Counted from the first letter of the stretch, positions 11,251-21,368 are shown. The stretch is DNA of 64,000 bases from an uncultured cyanobacterium (GCA_963765575.1 CAVXWZ010000011.1:96001-160000); one strand, 5' to 3'. The notes: a model not told the origin generated them from the sequence alone. A program made the numbers and translations.

Positions 11251-11871
11251 GTGACCAACTGCCCGGAAACGGTGCTGGCCGAGCTGCGGGATGGCCACAA
11301 CCGCTTCCTGCGCGGCGAGTCGCTCCATCCCCACAGCAGCCGCGAACGCATGCTGGAGGTGGAAACGGGCCAGCACCCCATCGCGGCCGTGCTGGGCTGC
11401 GCCGATTCCCGCGTGCCCGTGGAGCTGCTGTTTGACACGGGCTTCGGGGATCTGTTCGTGGTGCGCAACGCCGGCACCGTCTCCACCACGGCGGCCATCG
11501 CCTCCCTGGAATACGCCGTGGCCCATCTGGGCGTGCCCGTGATCGTGGTGCTGGGCCACGCCTGCTGCGGTGCCGTTGAGGCGGCCCTCAACCCGGCCCT
11601 GACCCTCACCCCCAACCTGGCCCAGCTGGTGGGGCAGTTGCGCATGGAGCTGTTCAGCCTGGGGGGCAAGGACGACCTGGAGCAGGCCTCCCGCCACCAC
11701 ACCCTGAACGCGGCCCGCAACCTGGTGGACTCCAGCGTGCTGCTCACCGACCTGCTGCGCAGCGGCCGCCTGCAGGTGGTGGCCGGTTTCTACAACCTGC
11801 ACACCACCGCGATCGACTGGATGGGATCGGTGATGCCGATGCGCACCGAGGACCTGCTCACATCCCCGTGA
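11251..11871 (+). CDS. Beta-class carbonic anhydrase
   Basis: Zn motifs GCADSRVP and [26 protein letters not shown]. Confidence 0.92.
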   Translation: MTNCPETVLAELRDGHNRFLRGESLHPHSSRERMLEVETGQHPIAAVLGCADSRVPVELLFDTGFGDLFVVRNAGTVSTTAAIASLEYAVAHLGVPVIVVLGHACCGAVEAALNPALTLTPNLAQLVGQLRMELFSLGGKDDLEQASRHHTLNAARNLVDSSVLLTDLLRSGRLQVVAGFYNLHTTAIDWMGSVMPMRTEDLLTSP

Positions 11872-12641
11872 TGCAGTAGCCGGCATCCACGTAGATCACC
11901 TGGCCGGTGATGCCGGAGGCCAGGGGGCTGGCCAGGAAGGCGGCGGTGGCGCCGACTTCGTCTTGCGTGACGGTGCGCTTGAGCGGGGCCTTCTCCTCCA
12001 CGTTGTGGATCATCTCGAGGATGCCGCCGATGGCGGAGCTGGCCAGGGTGCGGATCGGCCCGGCGCTGATGGCGTTCACCCGCACCTGCTGCTCGGGGCC
12101 GAGCTCGGCGGCCAGGTAGCGCACCGAGGCCTCCAGGGCCGCCTTGGCCACCCCCATCACGTTGTAGTTGGGGATGGCGCGCTCGGAGCCCAGGTAGCTG
12201 AGGGTGATCACGCTGGCCCCCTGGGCTGAACAGGGGCTTGGCGTGGCGGCAGAGGGGGGCCAGGGAGTAGGCGCTCACCTCCAGGGCCCGGGCGAAGCCC
12301 TCGGGGCTGATGGCGGAGTAGTCGCCGATCAGCTCCTCCTTGCCGGCGAAGGCCAGGCAGTGGATCAGCACATCGATCTGCCCCCACTGGGCCTTCACCT
12401 GCTCGAACACCGCTTCGATCTGGGCGGGGTCCTGCACGTTCAGGGGCTCGAACAGGGTGGGGTTCAGCGGCGCGGTGAGCTCCCGCACCTTGGCCTCGAA
12501 GCGGCCCTTTTCATCGGGCAGGTAGGTGACCCCCAGCTCACAGCCGGCGGCGGCGAGCTGCTGGGCGATGCCCCAGGCGATCGAGCGGTTGTTGGCGATG
12601 CCGGTGACGAGGGCCTTCTTGCCGCGCAGATCGAGGAGCAT
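11858..12641 (-). CDS. fabI: Enoyl-ACP reductase, with an apparent +1 frameshift near 12218
   Basis: [43 protein letters not shown]; removing one G from the minus-strand G5 run restores 'FSPGASVITL'. Confidence 0.95.
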
Positions 12642-13468
12642 GGAGGGGGTTTGCAGAAATTGGGCTCCGAACCGGTGGCCTGAGGCAAAGCCCAGCGGCC
12701 ACCGGTGCGTTCGGGCGATTCTCTCCCAGTGGATGGCTCTGTCGAGCTGAAGGGCGAGACGGATCGATCGCCTGGGGGATTGACGGCGAAGCCGGATGGC
12801 CGTGTTGGGCGGCAGTGCGCTGGTGGCGAGCAGCTACCCGCCTTGTGCCCGCCTTGGTGTTCCTCTTGGTCGTCGGTGTCGGCTTCCTGACGACATGGCG
12901 CCGGCGGTCTCAGCGCTGCGATTCGATCGTTGTCGTTGGCAATGACCCCTTCAACTTGAGCGGTGGCGGTAAGAACGGCCATGTGAATCCATTCAGGCTG
13001 GATGCCAGTTCGACATCCGATCGGCAATGTCCCTTGCGGCAGCTTGGACAGCTTGAGCCGATGCCGAGCCATGCCTTTAGAAAGCAGCGGCGAGGACGAT
13101 GCTGTGCGAAGAGCTTGATGGGACCTGCGAATGTCCAGTCATGATTGGATGGAGTTTTCTTTCGGGCTGATGGCATCGATGGTTCAGCCCCTACGGCTTG
13201 GGCCTTGGCCGTGGCACGGTTCTCTCAGAGACTGGGCTGCCAAGCACTCTGGAGATCGCGCCAGGTTGTTGATCCGCCATTGCTGGTTGTTCTTGCTCCA
13301 TTGGCAGGGTGGGCTCGTTCTCCCGTGATGAGTGCTCCTCGCCATCGACTTCCGCCTGGTTTTATCCTTAAAGGTGCTGATGCCGCCTGACGCTTGAACC
13401 GAAGCAACTGAAGTAATTGAACTGAAAAAGTCAAGTGGAAGTAACTGGTCTGAAGTCGTCGAGCTGCA

Positions 13469-14152
13469 GTGATTGAAAAGCGCGATCTCACTCCCACCCC
13501 ATGGCATCTGGCCATCTCCGCGCCGGATCTCCTGGCGTCCCTTGACTGGACCGCCCAGAGTGATAGTCACCTGCTCCTGTGCGTGGATCGGCGCGATGGC
13601 CTCGATCCAGCACGGCGTGCTGACTTGAGCGGCAGCCTTTCGGCAACGGAGCAGCGGCGCCACGACGGCTATCACCGCCGCGACGACCGGGACCGTTTTC
13701 TGCTCGGCCGTGGCCTGATGCGCCGGTTGTTGGCGTTCTGGATGCAGCAGCCGCCCCAGACCATCACCATCGCGCTGGGCCCCCATGGCAAGCCCCATTG
13801 CCCCGGCGGCCCGCAGTTCAACGTCAGCCACTCTGGTGATCTGATCCTGCTGGCCGTGCACCGCTGCCGGCCCGTGGGGGTGGATGTGGAGCAGGAGCGG
13901 CCCGGTATCGACTGGGAACCCATCGCCCGCCGGGTGTTGAGCAGCGCCGAGGTTGAGGGCCTGCTGAGCCGCCCCGAGCCAGAGCGGCAAGCTGCCTTCC
14001 TGCAGGCCTGGTGTCGGCTGGAGGCCGAGCTCAAGGCCGGTGGCTGGGGCCTGGCGGCGCCACCGCGGCCGGGTGCGCGCGAGCGGATCTGCCATTGGTC
14101 ACTCTCCCTGAGACCTGGCTATGTCGGCGCCTTGGCGTTGGTGCAGCCCTAG
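13469..14152 (+). CDS. Sfp-type 4'-phosphopantetheinyl transferase
   Basis: GPHGKP, FNVSHSGD, VGVDVE, WCRLEAELKAGGWGL (W..KEA..KA.G.GL motif, with K replaced by L). Confidence 0.88.
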   Translation: MIEKRDLTPTPWHLAISAPDLLASLDWTAQSDSHLLLCVDRRDGLDPARRADLSGSLSATEQRRHDGYHRRDDRDRFLLGRGLMRRLLAFWMQQPPQTITIALGPHGKPHCPGGPQFNVSHSGDLILLAVHRCRPVGVDVEQERPGIDWEPIARRVLSSAEVEGLLSRPEPERQAAFLQAWCRLEAELKAGGWGLAAPPRPGARERICHWSLSLRPGYVGALALVQP

Positions 14153-14201
14153 TGGCCGCCAACGGGATCGAGCTGCAGCGGCCCTCGCCAGTCTGTGCTT
14201 G

Positions 14202-15524
14202 ATGAACCCATCCCATCGGCGCCCCGTGGCCCAACCCGACTCCGATCTGCCCCGGCCGATCCGTGGTGGCCCAGCGGCCGCCAGGGCGCGGCTGGCCCAG
14301 CTCGACCCCCTCGCCTACGGCCGCAGCCGCAACCACCTCGATGGCGCCGTCACCGGCCTCTCGCCCTATCTCCGCCATGGCGTGCTCACCCTGGCGGAGG
14401 TGCGCGATGCCGTGTTCGCTTGGCTGCGCGACCGTGGCTATGCAAGCCCCGAGCGCCGGGACGAGGGGCGCCGCGTGGCCAGCAAGCTGATCAGCGAGCT
14501 GGGCTGGCGGGATTACTGGCAGCGGCTCTGGCTCCTGCTCGGTGATGGCATCTGGCACAACCTCGAGCCCCTCAAGACCGGCCATGCCGCCTCGGCCTAC
14601 GCCCCCGATCTGCCGGCCGACCTGGCCGCGGCCAGCACCGGCCTGCGCTGCATCGATGCCTTTGCCGCCGAGCTGATGGCCACGGGTTGGCTGCACAACC
14701 ACGCCCGCATGTGGCTCGCCAGCTACCTGGTGCACTGGCGCCGGGTGCAGTGGCAAGCGGGGGCGCGCTGGTTCCTGCAGCACCTGCTCGACGGCGATCC
14801 GGCCAGCAACAACCTCAGCTGGCAGTGGGTGGCCAGCAGTTTCAGCAGCAAGCCCTACATCTTCAATCGCGACAACCTCGAACGCTTCAGTGGCGGGCGG
14901 TACTGCCGCGTCTGTCCCCGCGCCGGGCGCGATTGCCCCTTCGAGGCCAGCTACGAGCAGCTCCAGGCGCACCTGTTTCCCCAAGCCGGCGATGAGGGCA
15001 TGCCCCCGGGGGGGCCACCATCGTTCCTGTCGGCTGCCCTGTCCCCGGCCCCGCCGCCCCTCGGCCCGGCCCCACCGCTGCAGCGGCCGGTGGTGTGGAT
15101 CCATGACGGCGCCCTGGGCCCGGCGAACCCTGCCTTGCGTGCCCACCCGGATGCCCGGGCCCTGTTCGTGTTCGACCAGGCCCTGATCGCTGGCGAGGTC
15201 CCGCCGGCTCCGGGTTTCAGCGGCAAGCGGCTGGGCTTCCTGGAGGACTGCCTGCAGGAGCTGCCCGTCACCGCCGCCAGCGGAGATGGGGCTGCCGCGG
15301 TCCTTGCGTTCGCGGCCCGCCACGGCGCCGATGGGGTTGTGACCAGTGCCGGTGTAGCGCCCCGCTTCTGGCAGATCGCCACCTCGATTGCCGCCCAGCT
15401 GCCACTGCGGGTGCTGCCGGCCGACCCCTTCGTGACCCTCGACATCCCCCCGGCCGAGCTGCGCCGTTTCTCGCGTTACTGGCGCCGGGCCGAGCCATTG
15501 GTCTGGTCGGGGTTCAGCAGCTGA
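14202..15524 (+). CDS. Photolyase-family protein with inverted domain order (FAD domain first, antenna-like domain last)
   Basis: VTGLSPYLRHG, ELGWRDYW, GWLHNHARMWLASY, LLDGDPASNNLSWQWV; C-terminal 'VVWIHDGAL...ALFVFD...KRLGFLEDCL...FSRYW'. Confidence 0.85.
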   Translation: MNPSHRRPVAQPDSDLPRPIRGGPAAARARLAQLDPLAYGRSRNHLDGAVTGLSPYLRHGVLTLAEVRDAVFAWLRDRGYASPERRDEGRRVASKLISELGWRDYWQRLWLLLGDGIWHNLEPLKTGHAASAYAPDLPADLAAASTGLRCIDAFAAELMATGWLHNHARMWLASYLVHWRRVQWQAGARWFLQHLLDGDPASNNLSWQWVASSFSSKPYIFNRDNLERFSGGRYCRVCPRAGRDCPFEASYEQLQAHLFPQAGDEGMPPGGPPSFLSAALSPAPPPLGPAPPLQRPVVWIHDGALGPANPALRAHPDARALFVFDQALIAGEVPPAPGFSGKRLGFLEDCLQELPVTAASGDGAAAVLAFAARHGADGVVTSAGVAPRFWQIATSIAAQLPLRVLPADPFVTLDIPPAELRRFSRYWRRAEPLVWSGFSS

Positions 15525-16033
15525 TCCTCCTGTTCCTGCACGACCTCGGGATCGCTGAGCAGGTCCTCCTCCTGCAGCAGCGGGCAAGGTCTCGGCTCTC
15601 ACCTCGCTGGCCTTGCGGGGTGGCTCCAGCCAGCGGAAGCTGCGGCGGGGATCGCGGCTGCGGCAGAGGGCCTCGCTCTCGCGCCGCAGGGCGCTGCGCA
15701 CCGGTTGGCGCGGCCATCGCTGCGAAGAACTCCTCGCGGCTGGCCAGGCCTGAGCTGAACGGTGCCGTGCCGTTGCCGTTGAACAGCCGCGCCGCGTCCG
15801 GGCTCCAGCGCGGCGTGCAGACGCCGCTCTGGCTGGTGTCGGTGTCGATCCAGATGTGCAGGCCGAAGCCGTCGGGCTGGTTCACCACCGCCAGACCGTC
15901 GTGGGGCGCTGCGGCGCTGCAGTGGATAGATGGCCCAGGTGGGATGGCGATGGGCCGGCACGCAGCCGGCGGCCAGCAGCGCGGCTGGCGCCAACGCCAG
16001 CCAGGGCCCCGGCGGAGCCGCCGGGCGCGACAT
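15476..16033 (-). CDS. Conserved picocyanobacterial lipoprotein-like protein (several apparent frameshifts)
   Basis: Signal with lipobox-like 'LLAAGC', then 'YPLQRR..HDGLAVVNQPDGFGLHIWIDTDT...PRWSPDAARLFNGNG...GLASREEFF' assembled across frames. Confidence 0.6.
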
Positions 16034-16072
16034 CCCTAATTTGGCGGCTGGCATTGCTTGCGGAACGGCCCC

Positions 16073-16712
16073 ATGGCGCTGACGCCCTCCACCATGCTTC
16101 CCCTGGGAACGGCGCTGCCGTTCACCACGATCGCTGCGGAGCTGGCGGCGGGCCATGCCCGCCAGGTGAGCGGTGAGCCACTGCAGACTCGAGAGGCCGG
16201 GGTCTGGGCCCCTGCTGGTGTTGTTTCTCTGCGCCCACTGTCCGTTCGTGAAGCACGTGGAGCCGGAGATCACCCGCCTGCAGGCCGATTTTGCCACCCC
16301 CGCCGCCCGCGGTTCCGGCGCCGCCCCTGACCCTGCTGGCGATCTCCAGCAACAGCACCATCACCCACCCCCAGGACGGCCCCGAGGGCCTGCGACGCCC
16401 AGGCCGAGCGCGCAAGGCTGGCGGTTCCCCTACCTGTTCGATGCGCGCCAGCAGCTGGCGCGATCCTTCCGGGCCGCCTGCACCCCCGATCCCTTCCTGT
16501 TCGCCCCCGCCGCCGATGGTGAGCTGCGTCTGGCGTACCGGGGCCAGTTGGATGCCAGCCGCCCCGGCAACGGCGAGCCCCTCGATGGCCGTGACATCCG
16601 CGCCGCCATTGAGGCGGTGCTCGCCGGGGAGCCGCTGGCGGCCGAGCAGCGGCCGGCGATCGGCTGCAACATCAAGTGGCATCCAGGTGAGGAACCGGAA
16701 TGGGCCCGCTGA
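16073..16712 (+). CDS. Thioredoxin-like AhpC/TSA family protein (frameshifted)
   Basis: MALTPSTMLPLG, FLCAHCPFVKH, AISSN...HPQDGPE, FPYLFD, AACTPD, YRGQLD, IGCNIKW across three frames. Confidence 0.85.
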
Positions 16713-16745
16713 CCGCCATCGACCAGGCCCTTTAATGTCACTCGC

Positions 16746-17934
16746 ATGACTGTGCCTCCCTTCAGCCTGGGCGAGCAGATCCAGGAGCTCGGTGAAGCCC
16801 TCGATCAGGCCGTGCTGGAGGTGCTGCGCAGCGGTCAGTACATCGGCGGGGCGGTGACGGCCGGTTTCGAGCGCGACTTCGCCGCCGCCTGCGGCGTGCC
16901 TCACGCGGTGGGCTGCAACAGCGGCACCGATGCCCTGGTGCTGGCCCTGCGCGGGCCTGGGGATCGGCCCCGGTGATGAGGTGATCACCGCCTCCTTCAG
17001 TTTCTTCGCCACCGCCGAGGCGATCAGCGCCGTGGGCGCCACGCCGGTGTTCGTGGATGTGCTGGAGAACAGCTATCTGATCGATCTCGACCAGCTCGAG
17101 GCGGCGATCACCCCCGCCACCCGCGCCCTGCTGCCGGTGCACCTCTTCGGCCGGCCGGTGGACATGGAGCGCGTGTGCGCCCTCGCCGCGCGCCATGGCC
17201 TGAAGGTGGTGGAAGACTGCGCCCAGGCCACCGGCGCCAGCTGGGCGGGCCGGCCGGTGGGCAGTTGGGGCGATGCCGGTTGTTTCAGCTTCTTTCCCAC
17301 CAAAAACCTCGGCGGCGCCGGCGATGGCGGTGCTGTGACCTGCCGCGATCCGGAGCTGGCCCAGCGGGTGCGGGAGCTGGCGGTGCACGGCATGCCGCGC
17401 CGTTATCTGCACACGGCCCTCGGCTACAACAGCCGCCTCGACGCCCTGCAGGCGGCCGTGCTCAGCGTCAAGCTGCCCCACCTGGAGCGCTGGCTGGAGG
17501 CCCGCCGCCAGCTGGCGGCGGGCTATGGCCTGCGGCTTGCCGGCCTGCCCGGCATCGCCCTGCCTGAGCCCGGTCCGGCCGGGCACAGCTGGAACCAGTT
17601 CGTGCTGCGGGTCACGCCCTGTGCCTCCCAGCGCCGCTGCGACGGCCCAGCGGCCTCCGCCTGCCCGGGAAGCACGCCGCGCTGCCGGGACTGGCTCAAG
17701 CAGCAGCTGCAGGACGCCGGCGTCAACACGATCATCTACTACCCGATCCCGATCCACCGCCAGCCCGCCTACGCCGACCTCGGCTATGGCCCCGGCTCGC
17801 TGCCGGTCACCGAGCGCCTTTGCGACGAGGTGCTCAGCCTGCCGATCTTCCCGGAGCTGGGGGAGGCGCGCCAGCAGCAGGTGATCGAGGGGCTGCTCGG
17901 CCTGGTGGAAGCCCAGCAGGCCCTGGCGGCCTGA
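16746..17934 (+). CDS. DegT/DnrJ/EryC1/StrS PLP-dependent sugar aminotransferase (frameshift near 16953)
   Basis: CNSGTDAL, FSFFATAEAI, VEDCAQA, SFFPTKNLGGAGDGG, GYNSRLDALQAA. Confidence 0.92.
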
Positions 17935-17977
17935 TTCCCATCCCCCAGATTCTCTTGCCCCTGATGGCCGCGAATCT

Positions 17978-19528
17978 CTAGCCCCTGATGGCGGCATAGA
18001 GGGCCTTGAAGCGGGCCTGCTGCTCCCGGTGGTTCACCAGGGGGGCCGGATACCCGCGCCGTTCCAGGGGGGGGATCGTGCCGCTGATCAGGTCGGCGGT
18101 GGCCACGTGCCGCAGCTCCGGCAGCCAGGTGCGGATGTAGCGGGCCTCGGTGTCGTAGCGGGCTGCCTGGGTGGCCGGGTTGAAGATGCGCAGCGGTTTG
18201 GGGTCCATGCCGCTGCTGGCGCTCCACTGCCAGCCGCCGTTGTTGGCTGCCAGATCGCCGTCCACCAGCTGGGCCATGAAGGCGGCTTCGCCCCAGCGCC
18301 AGTCGCAGATCAGGTCCTTGACCAGGAAGGAGGCCACGATCATGCGGCAGCGGTTGTGCATCCAGCCGCTCTGGTTGAGCTGGCGCATGGCGGCATCGAC
18401 GATCGGCATGCCCGTGAGCCCCTGGCGCCAGGCCTCAAACCAGGCCGGATCGTTCTGCCAGGGAAAGGCGCGCCACTGGGGCCGGTAAGGCCCCTCGGCC
18501 AGTTCGGGACAGTGGAACAGCGCCTGCTGGTAGAACTCGCGCCAGGCCAGCTCCTGCTCCCACACCTCGATCGCCGCCAGCGACTCCTCGGCTCCGCCCA
18601 GGGCGGCCACCGTGGCGCGGGCCCGCTGGGCGGCCGCCCAGGCCTGCCGTGGGCTGAGGGTGCCGAACTTGAGCGCGGCGCTCAGCCCCGAGGTGCCCGC
18701 CTCCCCCGGCAGGTTGCGTCCCTCGCCATAGCCCAGCAGGGGGGCGTTGCGGCCGCCGCCGCTGCCCCCGCAGAAGGCGGCCAGTTGCGCCTGCGCCGCG
18801 GCCTCGCCGGGCCGGCAGGGGCAGAGCTCCACGCCGCTGAAGCCATGGTCCAGCCAGGCCGGCGGCGCTGGTTTCGCCCCGGCCCCCAGCTCCGGCTCAG
18901 CGCTCAGGATCGGCAGGCCCGCCAGAGCGGCGGGATCGCAGTCGATCAGGGAGTGCGGGGCCGGCAGTGGATCGAGGCCGCCCGAGGCAGCCGATCCCAG
19001 CGCGGCCATCGCCTCCAGCCGCCGGCGCCAGCTCCGCCAATAGGGGCCGTAGACCCGGTAGGGCGCGCCGGCGCCGGTGCGCAGCGCCTCCGGTTCCACC
19101 AGCAGCTGGTCCCAGTCCGCCAGCACCCGGTGCCCCTCGGCCTGCAGCGCCCGGGCCACGCCGCGGTCGCGCTCCCGCCCATAGGGCTCCACGTCGCGGT
19201 TCCAGGCCACCACCTCGGCGCCGAGGGAGCGGGCGATCTGCGGCAGCAGCTGCAGCGGATCGCCCCGCAGGATCAGCAGCCGGCTGCCGGCGCTGCGCCA
19301 GGCCCGCTGCAGCTCCTGCAGGCTCTCGCCCAGAAACCACAGCCGTGCCGGTGCCTGGGCGGCCAGGCCTCCCGGCACTGCCGCCGCCGGCTCGGCCTGC
19401 AGGATCCCCGGATCGAGCACGAACACGCCCGTGACCGCCGGGGTGCTGGCGGCAGCGGCCGCCAGACCGAGGTTGTCGGCCAGGCGCAGGTCACGGCGGT
19501 GCCAGAACAGCCAGCGGGGTGGGTTCAT
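17978..19528 (-). CDS. phrA: Class I CPD DNA photolyase
   Basis: WHRRDLRLADN, GTSGLSAALKFG, ELAWREFY, GWMHNRCRMIVASFL, DGDLAANNGGWQW, RIFNP. Confidence 0.93.
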   Translation of the reverse strand: MNPPRWLFWHRRDLRLADNLGLAAAAASTPAVTGVFVLDPGILQAEPAAAVPGGLAAQAPARLWFLGESLQELQRAWRSAGSRLLILRGDPLQLLPQIARSLGAEVVAWNRDVEPYGRERDRGVARALQAEGHRVLADWDQLLVEPEALRTGAGAPYRVYGPYWRSWRRRLEAMAALGSAASGGLDPLPAPHSLIDCDPAALAGLPILSAEPELGAGAKPAPPAWLDHGFSGVELCPCRPGEAAAQAQLAAFCGGSGGGRNAPLLGYGEGRNLPGEAGTSGLSAALKFGTLSPRQAWAAAQRARATVAALGGAEESLAAIEVWEQELAWREFYQQALFHCPELAEGPYRPQWRAFPWQNDPAWFEAWRQGLTGMPIVDAAMRQLNQSGWMHNRCRMIVASFLVKDLICDWRWGEAAFMAQLVDGDLAANNGGWQWSASSGMDPKPLRIFNPATQAARYDTEARYIRTWLPELRHVATADLISGTIPPLERRGYPAPLVNHREQQARFKALYAAIRG

Positions 19529-19548
19529 CGGTGCGCTGAAGGTGGAGA

Positions 19549-20109
19549 TCAGAGCCCGAGCACCTGCTTGGCCCGCAGCCAGGCGGTCACGCTCTTGCCG
19601 TCCAGGTGCTCATCGCCGCTGGCCAGGGCCGCGTCCAGCTGCTCCGGGGTCATCAGCAGCACCTCCAGGTCCTCGTCGTCGTCGCCGGCGGGCGGCTGGG
19701 CCAGGGGGGTGAGCTCGCGGGCCAGAAACAGGTGGATCACCTCGTCGGAATACCCCGGGCAGGGCAGCATCGTCCCCAGCGGATCCCAGCGTGCGGCGCT
19801 GTAGCCCGCCTCCTCCTGCAGCTCCCGCCGCATGGTGGCCAGGGGCGTCTCGCCGGGATCGAGGGTGCCGGCTGGAAACTCCAGCAAGCGGGCGGCCACC
19901 GCAAAGCGGTACTGGCGCAGGATCACCACGCGGCCGTCGGCCAGCAGCGGCACCGCCAGGGAGGCGCCGGGGTGGCGAATCACTCCGAAGTGCCCCTCCA
20001 CCCCCATCGGCAGCTGCACCCGGTTGACCTCGAAGCGGATCTTGCCCGCGTCCAGCACGGCGGTGGTTTCGAGATGGCGCGCGGGTTCGGGGGCGGGCAG
20101 GGGCGCCAT
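19549..20109 (-). CDS. NUDIX hydrolase (ADP-ribose pyrophosphatase-like)
   Basis: Nudix box 'FPAGTLDPGETPLATMRRELQEEAGY'; has its own ATG at 20109, in frame with upstream folK. Confidence 0.9.
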   Translation of the reverse strand: MAPLPAPEPARHLETTAVLDAGKIRFEVNRVQLPMGVEGHFGVIRHPGASLAVPLLADGRVVILRQYRFAVAARLLEFPAGTLDPGETPLATMRRELQEEAGYSAARWDPLGTMLPCPGYSDEVIHLFLARELTPLAQPPAGDDDEDLEVLLMTPEQLDAALASGDEHLDGKSVTAWLRAKQVLGL

Positions 20110-20751
20110 GGCGGTGGTGGGGCTGACACCAGCATCGTTGCTGATCAGGACCGTCCGCCAGCGGCCGTCCAGCACCGACTCGGGCCAGCCGGCCTGGGGC
20201 GCCAGCCGCTGCGGCGGCGGACTGCCGTGATCAGGCGGCGCGGCCAACAGGTCGGCCAGCAGCTCGCTGACCCGGCGCCCCGCACCCGGTGGCACCAGCT
20301 CCGGCGCCAGGGCCGCCAGCGGCGCCAGCACGAAGGTCCGCCCCAAATACAGCGGATGGGGCAGCCAGAGGGCGGCGCTCTGCCGCTGGTGGGCGCCGCA
20401 CCAGAGCAGGTCGAGATCGAGGCTGCGCGGGCCCCAGGGCTGCAGCCGCTGGCGGCCGAACGCCGCCTCCAGGCTCTGCAGCGCCAACAGCAGCAGCAGC
20501 GGCTGCTGTGGGGGAGCGCCGCTGGCCAGCAGCACCGCATTGAGATAGGGCGGCTGGCCGGCTGGTCCCCCCACCGGCGCCGTGCGGAACAGGGGCGACC
20601 ACTGCAGCCGCAGCTCCGGCAGCGCGGCCTTGGCGGCCCAGCGCTGCAGCACCTGAGTCAGCAGCGGCCGCACAGCCGTGAGCGTGGCGAGCGGGTCGCC
20701 GAGGTTGGCCCCCAGGGCGATGGCCGTGGTGGCCTCAGGCGCCGCCGCCAC
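20110..20751 (-). CDS. folK: 2-amino-4-hydroxy-6-hydroxymethyldihydropteridine diphosphokinase (no stop before the NUDIX gene as sequenced)
   Basis: IALGANLGD, SPLFRTAPVG, YLNAV, WGPRSLDLDLL, LPHP. Confidence 0.92.
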
Positions 20752-21261
20752 TCAGGGCTCGCCGAGGAAATCGCGCTTGCCGAGCACCACGCCGTTGTGG
20801 CGCAGGATCGCGTAGGCGGTGGTGGTGTGGAAGTAGACGTTGGGCAGCACGAAGCCGCTGAGGAAAGGCCACCCCACCATCGTGATCGTCTGGTCCCGGC
20901 CCACCGGCACGCTCACCTCCCGCGCAGCGCTTCCCTCCAGTTGCTCGGCCGTGTAGCCGCCCAGCTCGGCGCTCGCCGCCTGCAGGCGCTCGATCAACTC
21001 GGAAAAGCTGGTTTCGTCATCGGCCACGGCGGCGGCCTCCCGCCCCGCCAGCCGGGCCACGCCGCGGCGGGCGATGTCGGCGGCGATCTGCACCTGCCGG
21101 GTCAGGGGGAACATGTCCGGGTAGAGGCGGCTGGCCAGCAGCACGGCCGGATCGATGCCGCCAGCTTCGGCGTGGGCCTGCCCCTTGGCCAGCACCGCCG
21201 CCAGGTTGGTGAGCGTGCGCTGCAGGGGGGGCACGGCGGCCGCGTGCATGGAGAGGGACAT
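20752..21261 (-). CDS. DUF1993 family protein
   Basis: [47 protein letters not shown]. Confidence 0.88.
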   Translation of the reverse strand: MSLSMHAAAVPPLQRTLTNLAAVLAKGQAHAEAGGIDPAVLLASRLYPDMFPLTRQVQIAADIARRGVARLAGREAAAVADDETSFSELIERLQAASAELGGYTAEQLEGSAAREVSVPVGRDQTITMVGWPFLSGFVLPNVYFHTTTAYAILRHNGVVLGKRDFLGEP

Positions 21262-21368
21262 GGGCGGAGCCGGCGGCGCAGCGGTGGGCCGAGGCTAGGG
21301 GCCAGGCTTGCGGAGCTTCCGCATCGGCCAGACTGCCCCCCTCACCCGTTCTCCCCGCCACCGGCTCC

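Noticed and set aside
12210..12225. Programmed frameshift or phase variation in fabI
   Set aside because: Only a G5 run, and many similar indels nearby point to sequencing error.
12815..13390. Small ORFs 12815-13144, 12910-13176 and 13145-13390
   Set aside because: No recognisable motifs and atypical codon usage; not supportable as genes.
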